Below are positions 12,201-23,477 of a stretch of DNA of 64,000 nucleotides, in pieces. This stretch comes from Macrostomum hystrix (Eukaryota; Animalia; Platyhelminthes). The DNA is taken from contig CATNEN010000011.1 of the NCBI GenBank assembly GCA_950097015.1, forward strand, positions 1,302,001 through 1,366,000. The letters run 5' to 3'. Both the position numbers and the translations under genes were made by a program. A model generated the notes under the pieces. It was not told the origin of the DNA and did not search any database. It worked only from the letters and a program-made list of their open reading frames with translations. Positions within the stretch are counted from its first letter, which is position 1. Every line of letters starts with the position of its first letter.

Positions 12201-15200
12201 AGACTGATGTGGAAATCGCCGATACTTCAATGATTCAAACATCCAGCTCCTCTACTTCCGTGACTAAGGCGACCACAAACGTGACAGATTCAAAGACCAC
12301 AAGCATCAGCGAGGTGACGTCGATCGGAGCAGGTGACTACCGACAAATTTCAACATTGGCCAGTCATCAAGTTAGACAAGTCGATCCATCAAGTTTGATC
12401 TCTGTCTCTGGTATTGTGTCGAAGTCGAGCACAGAAGAGAGAAACCTCGAATCAAGCAGCATTGGAGCCAAATCTTCAAAAAGCATCATCACGACGACAA
12501 CAACCACAATGAAAACGGTCACAGGAGGGATAGTAGTTGAAACCAACGCAACACAGATCACATCGAAGGAAGAGCTCATCGGTGAAGAAAACCAACTTCA
12601 CGGGTCCGCGGCCAGAGTACAGTCAGGAGAATCTGGATCGAGCAGTTTGCTCGTGCTGCATCGCAGGACATCGAACGCAGAGCCAACTGAGGATTCACTT
12701 AAGGATGAGTTCCTGTCTATCACGACTGCGACTGGTCAATCAACTGCGACTTCCAAAGTGACAACTGAAATTTCACATGGACAGAATTCCGACTACAGAA
12801 TGATATCTTCTCTGATCAGCCATCATGTCAGACAGACCAATTCGGCATGTCTAAGCGAAATTTCTGGCTTGTCAACGTCTGCTGAGACAGTCGAGATTAA
12901 GGAGACCACAGAGATTGAGCTAACGACAGAAGAAACGAATGAAACCACTGAGACAGTTAAGACCGGTTGCGGATCAGTGGAAGTTTCTGTGTCAGGAAAA
13001 GGTACTAAGAAAAAGAGACGATCTCGACGAGGCAAATCAGGTTCTCAGAAAGAAGTTGAAACATCAGAGACCAAGCAGACGACAGAACAAACAGCTGAAG
13101 AGACAATCGAGACTACTCAGGAGGTTGAGCAGACTACAGAAGACACCGCTGAGATTGAACAGACTAGAGAAGAGACCACTGAGATTGAGGAGACCACTGA
13201 GGAGACCACTGAGATTGAGGAGACCACTGAGGAGACCACCGAGATTGAGGAGACCACTGAGGAGACCACTGAGATTGAGGAGACAACTGAGGAGACCACT
13301 GAGATTGAGCAGACCACTGAGGAGACCACTGAGATTAAGGAGACGACTGTGGAGACCACTGAGATTGAGGAGACCACTGAGGAGACCACTGAGATTGAGG
13401 AGACAACTGTGGACACCACTGAGATTGAGGAGACCACTGAGGAGACCACTGAGATTGAGGAGACCACTGAGGAGACCACTGAGATTGAGGAGACAACTGA
13501 GGAGACCACTGAGATTGAGCAGACCACTGAGGAGACCACTGAGATTAAGGAGACGACTGTGGAGACCACTGAGATTGAGGAGACCACTGAGGAGACCACT
13601 GAGATTGAGGAGACCACTGAGGAGACCACTGAGATTGAGGAGACAACTGTGGACACCACTGAGATTGAGCGGACTACAGAGGAGACAATCGAGACTACTC
13701 AGGAGATTGAACTGAGTACTGAAGAAGGTCGTGAGACTTCTGAGACGACAAGAACAAAGAAGGTCATTGGTTGCATCGATACTGACTCGCAATTCGACGA
13801 AGATACTATCGAGCTGACAGAATATCATGATGAATATGAAGTCGGTGGTGGGATGACCGATTCAAACTCTTACGCCTATCGACGATTAAAGAGGACGCAA
13901 GGACAGAGCGCCGAATCACGTGACCAAAAAGACTCAGCAGTTGCCGAAGCCAACAGTGGCGAAGAATCAGACAAAAGTCAGAGTAAGACCTCCACTATAA
14001 CAACGGTGGAAACAACAACTACAATAGTGCGCAAGAAGAGGCCCAACAAAGCAGCCTCGAGCAAGGCTACTCGGCAACAAGATCAATTCAGCGACTCAGA
14101 TGAAGAAGACAAGCGAAGGAGTCGGTTCGGAAAAAATAAATCGTTCTCTCGGCACGACAGCGAGACGACCGAAACTGTGAAAAGTAATTCACAGATAAGA
14201 AAAACGGAAGAAGCCTTCGAGACTTCATGGACCTCTGAGATTGAGCAGACGATTGATGAGACCACTGAGATTGAGCAGACCACTGAGGAGACCACTGAGA
14301 TTGAGCAGACGACAGAGGAGACAACTGAGATTGAGCAGACTACTGAGGAGACAACTGAGATTGAGCAGACGACTGAGGAGACAACTGAGATTGAGCAGAC
14401 TACTGAGGAGACAACTGAGATTGAGCAGACCACTGATGAGACAACTGAGATTGAGCAGACCACTGAGGAGACAACTGAGATTGAGCAGACGACTGATGAG
14501 ACAATTGAGATTGAGCATACCACTGAGGAGATCACTGAGATTGAGCAGACGACTGATGAGACCACTGAGATTGAGCAGACGACAGAGGAGACAACTGAGA
14601 TTGAGCAGACGACTGAGGAGACAACTGAGATTGAGCAGACGACTGATGAGACAACTGAGATTGAGCAGACGACAGAGGAGACAACTGAGATTGAGGAGAC
14701 GACTGATGAGACCACTGAGATTGAGCAGACGACTGAGGAGACCACTGAGATTGAGCAGACGACTGATGAGACAACTGAGATTGAGCAGACGACTGATGAG
14801 ACCACTGAGATTGTGGAGGCTATAGAAGAAACCACAGAGACCACTGAGGAGACGGTTGAGACCGGTGGCGCATCAGTGGAAGTTTCTGTCACAGGAAAAG
14901 GTTCTAAGAAAAAGAGACGATCTCGACGAGGCAAATCAGGATCTCAAAAGGAAGTTAACGACTTCGAGACCAAGCAGACGACTGAGACCATCGAAATTTC
15001 TGAGAACAGTGAGACCACAGAAGTTGTAGAGATTCAGGACACGACTGAGGAGACCACCGAAATTGAGGAGTTGACTGATGAGACCACTGAGATTGAGCAG
15101 ACGACTGAAGAGACAACTGAGATTGAGCAGACGACTGATGAGACAACTGAGATTGAGCAGACGACTGATGAGACAACTGAGATTGAGCAGACGACTGATG

Positions 15201-16792
15201 AGACAACTGAGATTGAGCAGACGACTGAGGAGACCACTGAGATTGAGCAGACGACTGATGAGACAACTGAGATTGAGCAGACGACTGAGGAGACCACTGA
15301 GATTGAGCAGTCGACTGAGGAGACCACTGAGATTGAGCAGACGACAGAGGAGACAACTGAGATTGAGCAGACGACTGATGAGACTACTGAGATTGAGCAG
15401 TCGACTGAGGAGACCACTGAGATTGAGCAGACGACAGAGGAGACAACTGAGATTGAGCAGACGACTGATGAGACAACTGAGATTGAGCAGACGACTGATG
15501 AGACAACTGAGATTGAGCAGACGACTGAGGAGACCACTGAGATTGAGCAGTCGACTGAGGAGACCACTGAGATTGAGCAGACGACAGAGGAGACAACTGA
15601 GATTGAGCAGACGACTGATGAGACTACTGAGATTGAGCAGTCGACTGCGGAGACCACTGAGATTGAGCAGACGACTGATGCGACAATTGAGATTGAGCAG
15701 ACCTCTGAGGAGACCACTAAGAATGTTGAGACGGCTGAGGAGTCATCCGAGAATGTCAAGACGGCTGAGGATATCACTGTGATTGAGCAAACGACCGAGC
15801 AGGAAGTTTCTTTGGATGATGCAACCGAGGAGACTATTGAGACCATAAAGTCGCAACAGACTAGCTCGGAGACTTTGACAACTTCTCAAGCCGCTAAACA
15901 GAAGCAGATTGAGAGCGCTGTTACTGATGGTGAAGACTTCTTCACCATCTGTGCGCAGAGAAGCCAAAGCAGAAGACTAGATCAAGTGGGTCAGTCCGCA
16001 TCCAAAGAGTCTTCTTGTGAAAGTCAGTCGACTGAAGCTGTCGAAGAACAATCAACTGTGCCAAAAAGAGGTCAGGTTGTTACTGACGTCATTCAAGAGG
16101 TCTCCGAACTTGCTGGCTCTCTTGAGACGACCAGCTTTCATGACTTCGACTCCATTCTTTCCCTGGAAGAGTCACAACTGCTGACTGGTGAGCAGGTGCC
16201 GCAGATTCACTCTGAGTCTAGTCATGAGCACGTTACAACAACGTTGGACGACTCTTCAATGTCCGTGGACACGTCGATAGACACAACGGTACTCGTGTCG
16301 TCCAGACTGACAACTAGACGGTCAACGCTGCAGGAACAGACCATCATCAAGCCAGCCGTGAAGGAGACGGACGCGTCCGAGATCGAGGCTGAGACAGTGT
16401 CCGCAACATCGACTGAAAGCAGCGGAGAGAGCCAGACGACGGGCTTCAAGAAGCTCATCAGCTACTTCTGGGGCGGCTCCAAAAAGGGCACCGCAGCCGA
16501 GTCGCAGAGCCAAAAAGCCGATCAGAAAAGCGAGACGGAGGTCTCAGAATCGGAGGAATCGGCTGCTACAAGGATTCGAAGCAGCAGTTCAACGGCGTCC
16601 AACGCTGAGGAGGACATCTACGAGAAGAGGCGCCGCGCAGCTCGCGAGCTGTTCATGTTCGGCGAGGTGAAGTCGGACACTTCTGTGTCCGAGGAGCTCA
16701 ACCAGAATATTCATCACCACGCCACCTCCCTGTCTCAGTCTGCCTACTCTGGCTGGTACTCCGGCTTTCAGCAGGACGACTCGCGTGACGAG
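6231..16792 (+). CDS. Giant exon (about 3520 aa) encoding an acidic Thr/Glu-rich low-complexity protein with five blocks of (T)EIEQTTEET-like repeats
   Basis: The single frame is stop-free for more than 10.5 kb (ORF 6317..16849), including long non-repetitive stretches. Acceptor CCACAG at 6230, with CTAAC upstream, is phase 1. Thr codons in the repeats vary largely at the wobble base. The 3' end is uncertain (donor at 16755/56 or GC donor at 16792/93). Confidence 0.85.
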
Positions 16793-16891
16793 GCAAGAAC
16801 TCTAAGCAGATTTGTTGTTTTTATCAACTTGTTAGAAAATGATTTATGACTCAAGTTGATGATAAATGACTCAACTTGTCCATTTTAATAG

Positions 16892-16961
16892 GATCAAGCG
16901 TTCACTACTGAGACAAATTTCTCGTCAGCATTGTCTTGCATGCAGGAAGGCACTGGACAGG
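16892..16961 (+). CDS. Small exon downstream of the giant exon (two open frames; likely IKRSLLRQISRQHCLACRKALDR)
   Basis: TTTTAATAG acceptor at 16891 and G|GTAATT donor at 16961/62. Confidence 0.55.
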
Positions 16962-17048
16962 GTAATTGGGCTTCGATTTTCGTCGAGTTTCAATTCAAAA
17001 AAGTGTATTTAAAATACAAGTCATTATCATCTATTCAACATCTTTCAG

Positions 17049-17090
17049 GTTATCAAACTTGGAGGGCCAAGGGAGCCTACGAAAAATGCC
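17049..17090 (+). CDS. 42-bp exon (likely VIKLGGPREPTKNA)
   Basis: TCTTTCAG acceptor at 17048 and C|GTAAG donor at 17090/91. Confidence 0.6.
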
Positions 17091-17243
17091 GTAAGAGTTT
17101 TTTTTTCAAATTCGTGCAACGAAAACTTAGTTCGTTGAAAAATCGAACTTCTAAAAATAAAACACGCCGCACACACTCCCTCACCTGGGGGTGGGTGGCG
17201 GAGTGGTCTAACGCGTTTTCCACTCTAAACGAGGCTGAGACAG

Positions 17244-17406
17244 TGTCCGCAACATGCTGAGGAGGAGGAGGAACTAAGGTCCCTAAGCTCGATTCCGCTA
17301 AGCGAGGCCACATTCATTTGGGGCGCAGCCGCGGAGATAAGGCTAAGAGCTTGTCGTGCAATTTACGCCAATTTACGAGGAAGTCAGGACAGATGTACAC
17401 ACCTGC
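17244..17406 (+). CDS. Linker exon (CPQHAEEEEELRSLSSIPLSEATFIWGAAAEIRLRACRAIYANLRGSQDRCTHL) leading into the KY-like exon
   Basis: GAGACAG acceptor at 17243, with CTAAC and a pyrimidine tract upstream. C|GTGAGC donor at 17406/07 is phase 1, matching the acceptor at 17581. Confidence 0.55.
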
Positions 17407-17581
17407 GTGAGCGTGTGCCTGCGTACAGTATCTGTGTGCGTGTGTGCTCAGCAGTCAGCGGTATGTGCAGAATTGCCTCCTCGATGTCTGCTGGTCTAGT
17501 GTCACCAAATGATGTGCCGTTGCTCGCTGCCTTCCTGCAATTGTTATTATCATCATTTTTCGTTAACTCCCATGCGTACAG

Positions 17582-19065
17582 GCACTCCGAGCAAGCCGAC
17601 CAGAAAGTTTAAGCTGCCAAGCGATCTCGTTTCCACCGACGCCGCCGACTCAGAGCCGGGAGTAACAACCGCGGCCAGCTCAGCGCCTGTCGACCGTCCT
17701 TCGCTGGAGCAGTTCAGCCAGGTGGATGCTCACGCCCTGCGTCTAGTCGAGGCCCGAGTCAAGCCCGCCGATCTGCGCGAGCTCATCTGGCAGCTCATTG
17801 GTCAGCCGGGCGTCGAAGACCCCATCGAGCGGCTCAGACTGATCTTCGTTTGGTTGTGCGCTGCCAAATCGGACGCTTTTTCGACAAATGCGACGGAAGA
17901 TTCCGCTGAGGCCCTGCTGGCAGCCGCTCTCGACGGACGAGTCCCGATGGCGCTGGCCCTACGAGTCCTGTGCCGAGCCTGCAGCCTCGACTGTCGCCTG
18001 GTGCAGGGTGCTGTGCGTGGCCCAAAGGACCCGGCAGTTGGCAGCGCACTGCATCTCTGGAACGCCGTTCTCATCAACGGCTGCTGGCGATTAGTGGACA
18101 GCTTCTGGGCCGCCAGACGATTGCGCAGCAGCGGTGGAGAAGTCGGCAAGTCGCAGCTGGAGCAGCTGGATGAGTTCTACTTCCTCGCCAGACCAGGCCA
18201 GCTCGTCTACACCCATCTTCCTGAGAAAAGTGTCTGGCAGCTGTTGGAGAGGCCCCTGACTGCGGACAGATTCCGCGCCCTGGCTCCAGTCAAGAACGCA
18301 TTCTTTAAGTTCGGCCTGGAGCTGCGCTCGCACGCAGACGCAGTGATTCAGTGGAACTCGACTGACGCCGACCCGGATGCGGATCCGCAGTTGGCGCCTC
18401 TGTCGCCGGCGCTCATTGTTCGCATCGGCGTTCCGCCAGGTCTGGCCGGCCGACTAAGCTTCGTCGCTACGCTGCAGTCCGAGGCCGGAGCCGAGGTCAA
18501 GCATCGGGTTCTGCACCTGTTCGACCGTCAGCAGGCCTGCCTAGTAACCGCCGTGCGACCTCCAGACAGTGGCACCTGGCGGTTGACTTTCTTCACCCGA
18601 GACCTCGCCCTGACAGCTCAGCGGCAGCAGGAGCAGCGCGCAGTCTTTGAGTCTGTCTGCGAGTATCGAATCGTCGCCAAGGTCGACCGGCAAAGTTCGA
18701 TTCTGACCGACTTTCCGCACAGCCAGAACGCGGGCTACGGCCCCGCCGACGCCAACTGGGCTGCCGTGGGCGGCTTCAACCTGACGGCAGTGACCGGCGG
18801 CGAAAACACTGCCACGGACTTGTCAATGCCGATTGTAACTGTGACAGACGGTCAGGTGGACGATGTCCGATTTCGCCTGCCGAGTCGCTCCGCCGCCAGG
18901 CTGCACTACGTCGCGAAGCTGCGTGGCAGCGACGATGGCTCAGCTGTCGCTGCTGGACGGTCTGGAGCTGCTGCTGAAACTGGCGGATCTTGCATCGTTC
19001 GCATGGCTGGCGGACACCTTCTGGTGCGACCGCTGCCGCCGTCTGCTGGCCTGCACGCTTTGGAG
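17582..19065 (+). CDS. KY-like: KY/hillarin-family transglutaminase-like domain plus first KY-type repeats (exon)
   Basis: Motifs FSQVDAHA, LRLIFVWLC, LCRACSLDCRLVQGAVRG, HLWNAVLINGCWRLVDSFWAA, DEFYFLARPGQLVYTHLP and WQLLERPLTADRF match the KY/hillarin/LTD-1 family pattern. Acceptor TACAG at 17581; donor GAG|GTGAGT at 19065/66. Confidence 0.88.
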
Positions 19066-19213
19066 GTGAGTATAGCCAACCCTCAAAGTCACACAGAGAA
19101 CGTCAGTACAAGACCCTCTCTGATAAAGTTACGCATTAAGTCTCACCGAATCCCTCGCTCCATCGAAGGTCTATGCCGGCGGTCGACCTCAGGACGGGGG
19201 AAATAAGCTGCAG

Positions 19214-19559
19214 CTGGTGCAGCAGATCCTGCTGGTCTGTCGGCGTGGTGACGCCGAGTCGGCGGCTGACTCGCTGCACCAGCCTCCGGGTCACCTAGGC
19301 GGCACGCACAAGGCCGCCGAGTTTGGCTTCCACTGCGCGTCGCACGAGGACCCGCTGGTGTCCAGTCGGCAGCCGTTGGCTGAGGACTCGCCGTTTGAGT
19401 TCGTAATGAGCAAGGACCGGCCCCTGTGTCTTGCTGCTCACCTCATTCGCCTGACAGCGTCCGGTTCACAGAGCAGCTCCTACGGCTCGGACTGCGTGCT
19501 GCAGGAGATTCGGCTCAGTGACTCTGTCGCCACCTTCAACGTCTGGCTACCGTCGCCAG
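19214..19559 (+). CDS. KY-like: KY-like gene, penultimate exon
   Basis: CTGCAG acceptor at 19213 (phase 0); GHLGGTHKAAEFGFHCASHEDP resembles the KY repeat motif; CAG|GTAAAT donor at 19559/60. Confidence 0.75.
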
Positions 19560-19637
19560 GTAAATCATTAACAGCAGAAAAACAACGGGGGAATTTCAAA
19601 TATTTCGTTATTTTGTATTTCCATCAAAACCTCGCAG

Positions 19638-20104
19638 GCTACTACAAGCTGGTGATCTTCGGTCTGCCCGCCACCGAGCGGCACGACAACTTCGCCAACC
19701 TGTGGCAGCTGCTGATCTGCGCTCCGTCAAGACAAGCGGACGCAGCCGCGTGGTCCTCGCGCGCCTCCGCTGGTCCTCGCTACCCGCTGCAGTTCGCGGC
19801 CTGGTCAGATTCCTGCAGCCTGCGCCAGCCAATCACAGGCCAGCTGCCAATCGGAGCCAATCAGCTCGTCGACTTTGACCTGACGGTGCCAGGAGCCAGA
19901 TCTGTGTCCGTTGTCTGCGGCGACACCTGGAAGGCGTTGAGGGCGCAGCCAGCTGGCCGATGGAGCGGACGGGTCGGGTTCGCTGATCAGCCAGCAGGTG
20001 GGCGAGTGTCTGTGTGCGCCAACTACGCTGACGGGGACTCGGCGACATACCGAACCCTACTGGAATACCGACTAGCAGAGCTGCCCGAGTTCAGCGACTA
20101 CTAA
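19638..20104 (+). CDS. KY-like: KY-like gene, last coding exon
   Basis: CTCGCAG acceptor at 19637 (phase 1). GYYKLVIFG, RYPLQFAAWSDSCSLRQPITGQLP, VDFDLTVPGARSVSVVCGDTW and VSVCANY...YRTLLEY are typical of the hillarin/KY C-terminal repeat. Stop TAA at 20102-20104. Confidence 0.85.
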
Positions 20105-23043
20105 CCATTTGTTTGTTAACCCGATAGACGACAACAAACCGCTTGCGAAAAGAAACTACTGTACTTTTTCGTTTGTTTAGAATTTTTCTAGGTTTTTAGT
20201 TTCGCCATTTCCCCAAATCTGCCAGATTTTTAATTTAATTTTAAATTTAGAAACTAGGAAATCACTTTTGAAAATTTCGTTTAGCTTGATTGCACACCTT
20301 GGACGAGTTAGAAGAAAAAATACGGGAATATTAATCATGAATGTGCCTTCAGTATAAAATAATTCAAAATATGTTGTTAAGCAGCACTTCAAAACTTTTC
20401 CAGTGTGTGTTCAATCATTAGTCCATAAACAAACGAATAGTTCGTTCTCGCTCATCCCGCCTTTTCGATTTGAATTTTTCGTTTCGCCTGGTCATTTCTT
20501 AGAAAATCGTCATTTAAATTCGCGCGATTTCAAAGCCAAAACGAGCCAAATTTCTCGCTCGGATGAATATTTTATACTCATCAAATGTTCATTTATAACA
20601 AATCTATTAGTTGGTTTAACTGCTTGCCATTCCTTACATCCCGTCTATTACCTGTACCCGTAGCTATAAAAACAACTCAAACAATTAAATCTTCACCGGC
20701 TTAACGCTGTGGTTGTTCCAAATCATTTATTTGATCACCATTGTAGCGAACAGCTTTTTTTAGGTAAAAATAGTCGTAGAACTTTTTATAACTACTTGTT
20801 TCCATTTCTAGGAATACTTTATTCTACAAAAGTTGTTATTTTTTCATACTGCCGACTGAAAAACTGGAAAGAGATTTTTTTAATTAACAGAGACAAATGT
20901 CATTTAACATTAGGTTTCGCGTCTTGCCTTGCCTCCATCCACTTGCATAGCTAATTATCCCTAATGAGGTCGCATTAAAAAAATTAGGACAAGAAACCCT
21001 ATCGGATTATCTCCACCAATGCCGGATTATCTCGACGAAGGATTACTTTATCGGAATATCTACAACGCTATTTTATACAAACTCTCGGATTGTCACAATA
21101 GGATACTGTATGTTTAACTAGGCTATTAGTTATTCTCCATTGTCTAATAAATTTCATCACTATCAAAGTACGAGTGTTGGCAAAAGAAGTTCCCGGAAAT
21201 TTTATCCTAGCTAAACAATGCCTTGCTTAACTGTCACGGGTGTAGCGGTAAATATCGGACTACCGGATTATCGCCAAAAATCTGATTATCTACACAAATG
21301 GATTATGTCCACTACCAGATCATAGGCACAACCGGAGATATATTTTTTAGCTAATTAAGCAACAATTATAACAAAGCTTTTTTTAATGTCGTTTTTATAT
21401 AATTGAGTAAGAACTAGGAATTCAAAAGGTAAGTGTCGCATATTTCAGAATGGCAATAATTGTGATGAAATATAATTTTAATAATTAAATTTTATGCACA
21501 TTTTATAAATGTTATAAATAAATACGCAGATTATAGAATATACTTATAAATATAATTCTATGAATCAAAATGAGATTGGGTCGGAACACGAAACATGCTC
21601 AGGACAGCTATAAGAATGTGTCGATTTCTAAACAATTGTTTTCTGAACAGCTTAGCAACACAACTGAGGAACAACGGCGATTGTGAAGAAGCGTTAAAGG
21701 AAAAAAGAAGAAATAGGTTTTTAATATATGTTAAATATACAAAAATCTGTTAAGCCTAATTCTTGACAGTATCTCATAGTTTTTTTTTCATCCAATCAGC
21801 AATTATTTACAAGCATAATTTGAATCGTGCTTTTACAATGTGTGTGTCTTATTAAAGTAAATCAATAATTAAGACAAAAACGCAAAAATACATAATTAAT
21901 AATATATGTAACATATATATAAATAGAGTGCCAAATTACATATTATATAGCAGTATTATCAAGCTAAATATAATGCAACGAATTGGTGAGACCTGGACAC
22001 ATACGCATCATGCTACTTACAATCAACTGTTAGCAAGTAGTAGGTTTGTGCATAAATAATTATTCTAACAGCTAATAAAACTAGATGAATAAAACAAACG
22101 CATAAGATTATATTCTTATTACAACGAATTGATTTTCACACGGGTTTTGTTAAGTCTAGCAAAAATACTACTCATTCGATTATTTTAGTAGTAGTATATA
22201 GAGAGCATTTCCTCCTTAATATTGGCATGGCGGTGGAGGCGACTTATGATCGCTAATAGATCGAATTAATTATTGAATTTTTGAAGTCAAAAAAGGCATT
22301 CAGAAAATGTATAAAATATATTTGATGCCACTCAACAAACATGCAATCTAGCATTTCTCAAGCAATCAATCACATAAACGATCTACAATAATATAACCAA
22401 TGAAAAGAGCAAGAGACATGCAATATATTATTAGTAAAAGTGGAGGTAACAAGCATTGTCTTTTTTCACATTTAAACAATCTAAACGATTAATTGATGAA
22501 TACTTTTGATCACAAAGTTACTAATATGAGATAAAGTGGTTAAAAGTGTAGAGCAGTATGGTCGGTCATATTGCACACAGTGACCGAAAAAAATGTTCGA
22601 CTATTTATAAAAATGACTCAAAGGTTCGTTGCTATCCAGTGTGAGTGAAGCATCAACTACAAAAAAAAACAAAAAGAGAGAGAGAGAGAGAGAAAAACCA
22701 AACAAAAACTGAGTTTAAAGTTGAGATTGTGTATAAGCGGGATGAGTGACAGTGCTAACAATGCAGCGAGACTCGGTGAGATGTAAATGATCTCCGTATA
22801 GGCAGAAATTTGAACTCAATAATTGTTCTTTTTTACAGTGACTTGCCGAAATAAAATTAGTAAATATAAAATAGCAGCTTCACATTCTGTGGACTAGAGC
22901 TGTTGTATTTTCAATAAGAATAAAAACAAAACAGAAAAAAGTCATTTTTTAGAACTACTAGTGTTGACAGCAAGTTTCTCTAATAAACGGAGCATTATTG
23001 TGTCAAGTCTCTCTTGTGAATTGACTGATGGACACAGTCAGCT

Positions 23044-23477
23044 TCAGGAATTGTCAGTCGGTGGCGGCGTATTCATCATCATCTTTCTACTGGCTGCACT
23101 GGAGCGCAATTTCCTCCGCCAACTATTGCTCCGCTGCAGTTTGGCCGCGGCGGCCTCCGGGCCTGAACCGTCGCCGCCGCCGCCGCCGACCATTTCGAAT
23201 AATAAACGGCGCTCACGATCAACCAGGCTGGTCATTTCTCGCTCGAGAGTTTGTCTGGCCGAAGCTGATGAAGTTGGAATCTGCATAGCCAAGGCCAGAC
23301 TAGTCCAATCGAAGGACTCGTCTAGCAGCATCAGGGCGCCGTGAACGCCTGAGTCTAGCAGGTGGATGGCAAATTCTTTGAGGCCGATTCGACTAAGCCA
23401 GGATTGGACACGATCCGAGCTCCACACTAGGAGATCTGTGGTGTGGTGTGGTGCCAGGACGCGGGATGTGTTTCCCA
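23044..23477 (-). CDS. Liprin-alpha (PPFIA/syd-2): Liprin-alpha exon 11 (SAM3 and C-terminus)
   Basis: DLLVWSSDRVQSWLSRIGLKEFAIHLLDSGVHGALMLLDESFDWTSLALAMQIP is SAM3. Acceptor TTTCAG at 23480-23478, phase 1; TGA at 23046-23044. Confidence 0.93.

Noticed and set aside
8179-15846. Long antisense Ser/Val-rich and alternative-frame Arg/Leu-rich ORFs over the giant exon
   Set aside because: They are by-products of stop-free repeats and end where the repeats end; only the T/E frame continues through unique sequence.
17258-17260. In-frame TGA as selenocysteine or readthrough
   Set aside because: A different frame with good splice sites explains the continuity, and no SECIS was recognised.
20948-21357. 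TAGCTAATTA direct repeat flanking about 400 bp as a possible Mutator TSD
   Set aside because: There are no terminal inverted repeats, and an AT-rich 10-mer match is plausible by chance.
22961-23344. Plus-strand ORFs overlapping liprin's last exon (also 25387, 27363, 30650, 34820, 37271 and 60695)
   Set aside because: They are antisense shadows of GC-rich coding exons with no recognisable homology.
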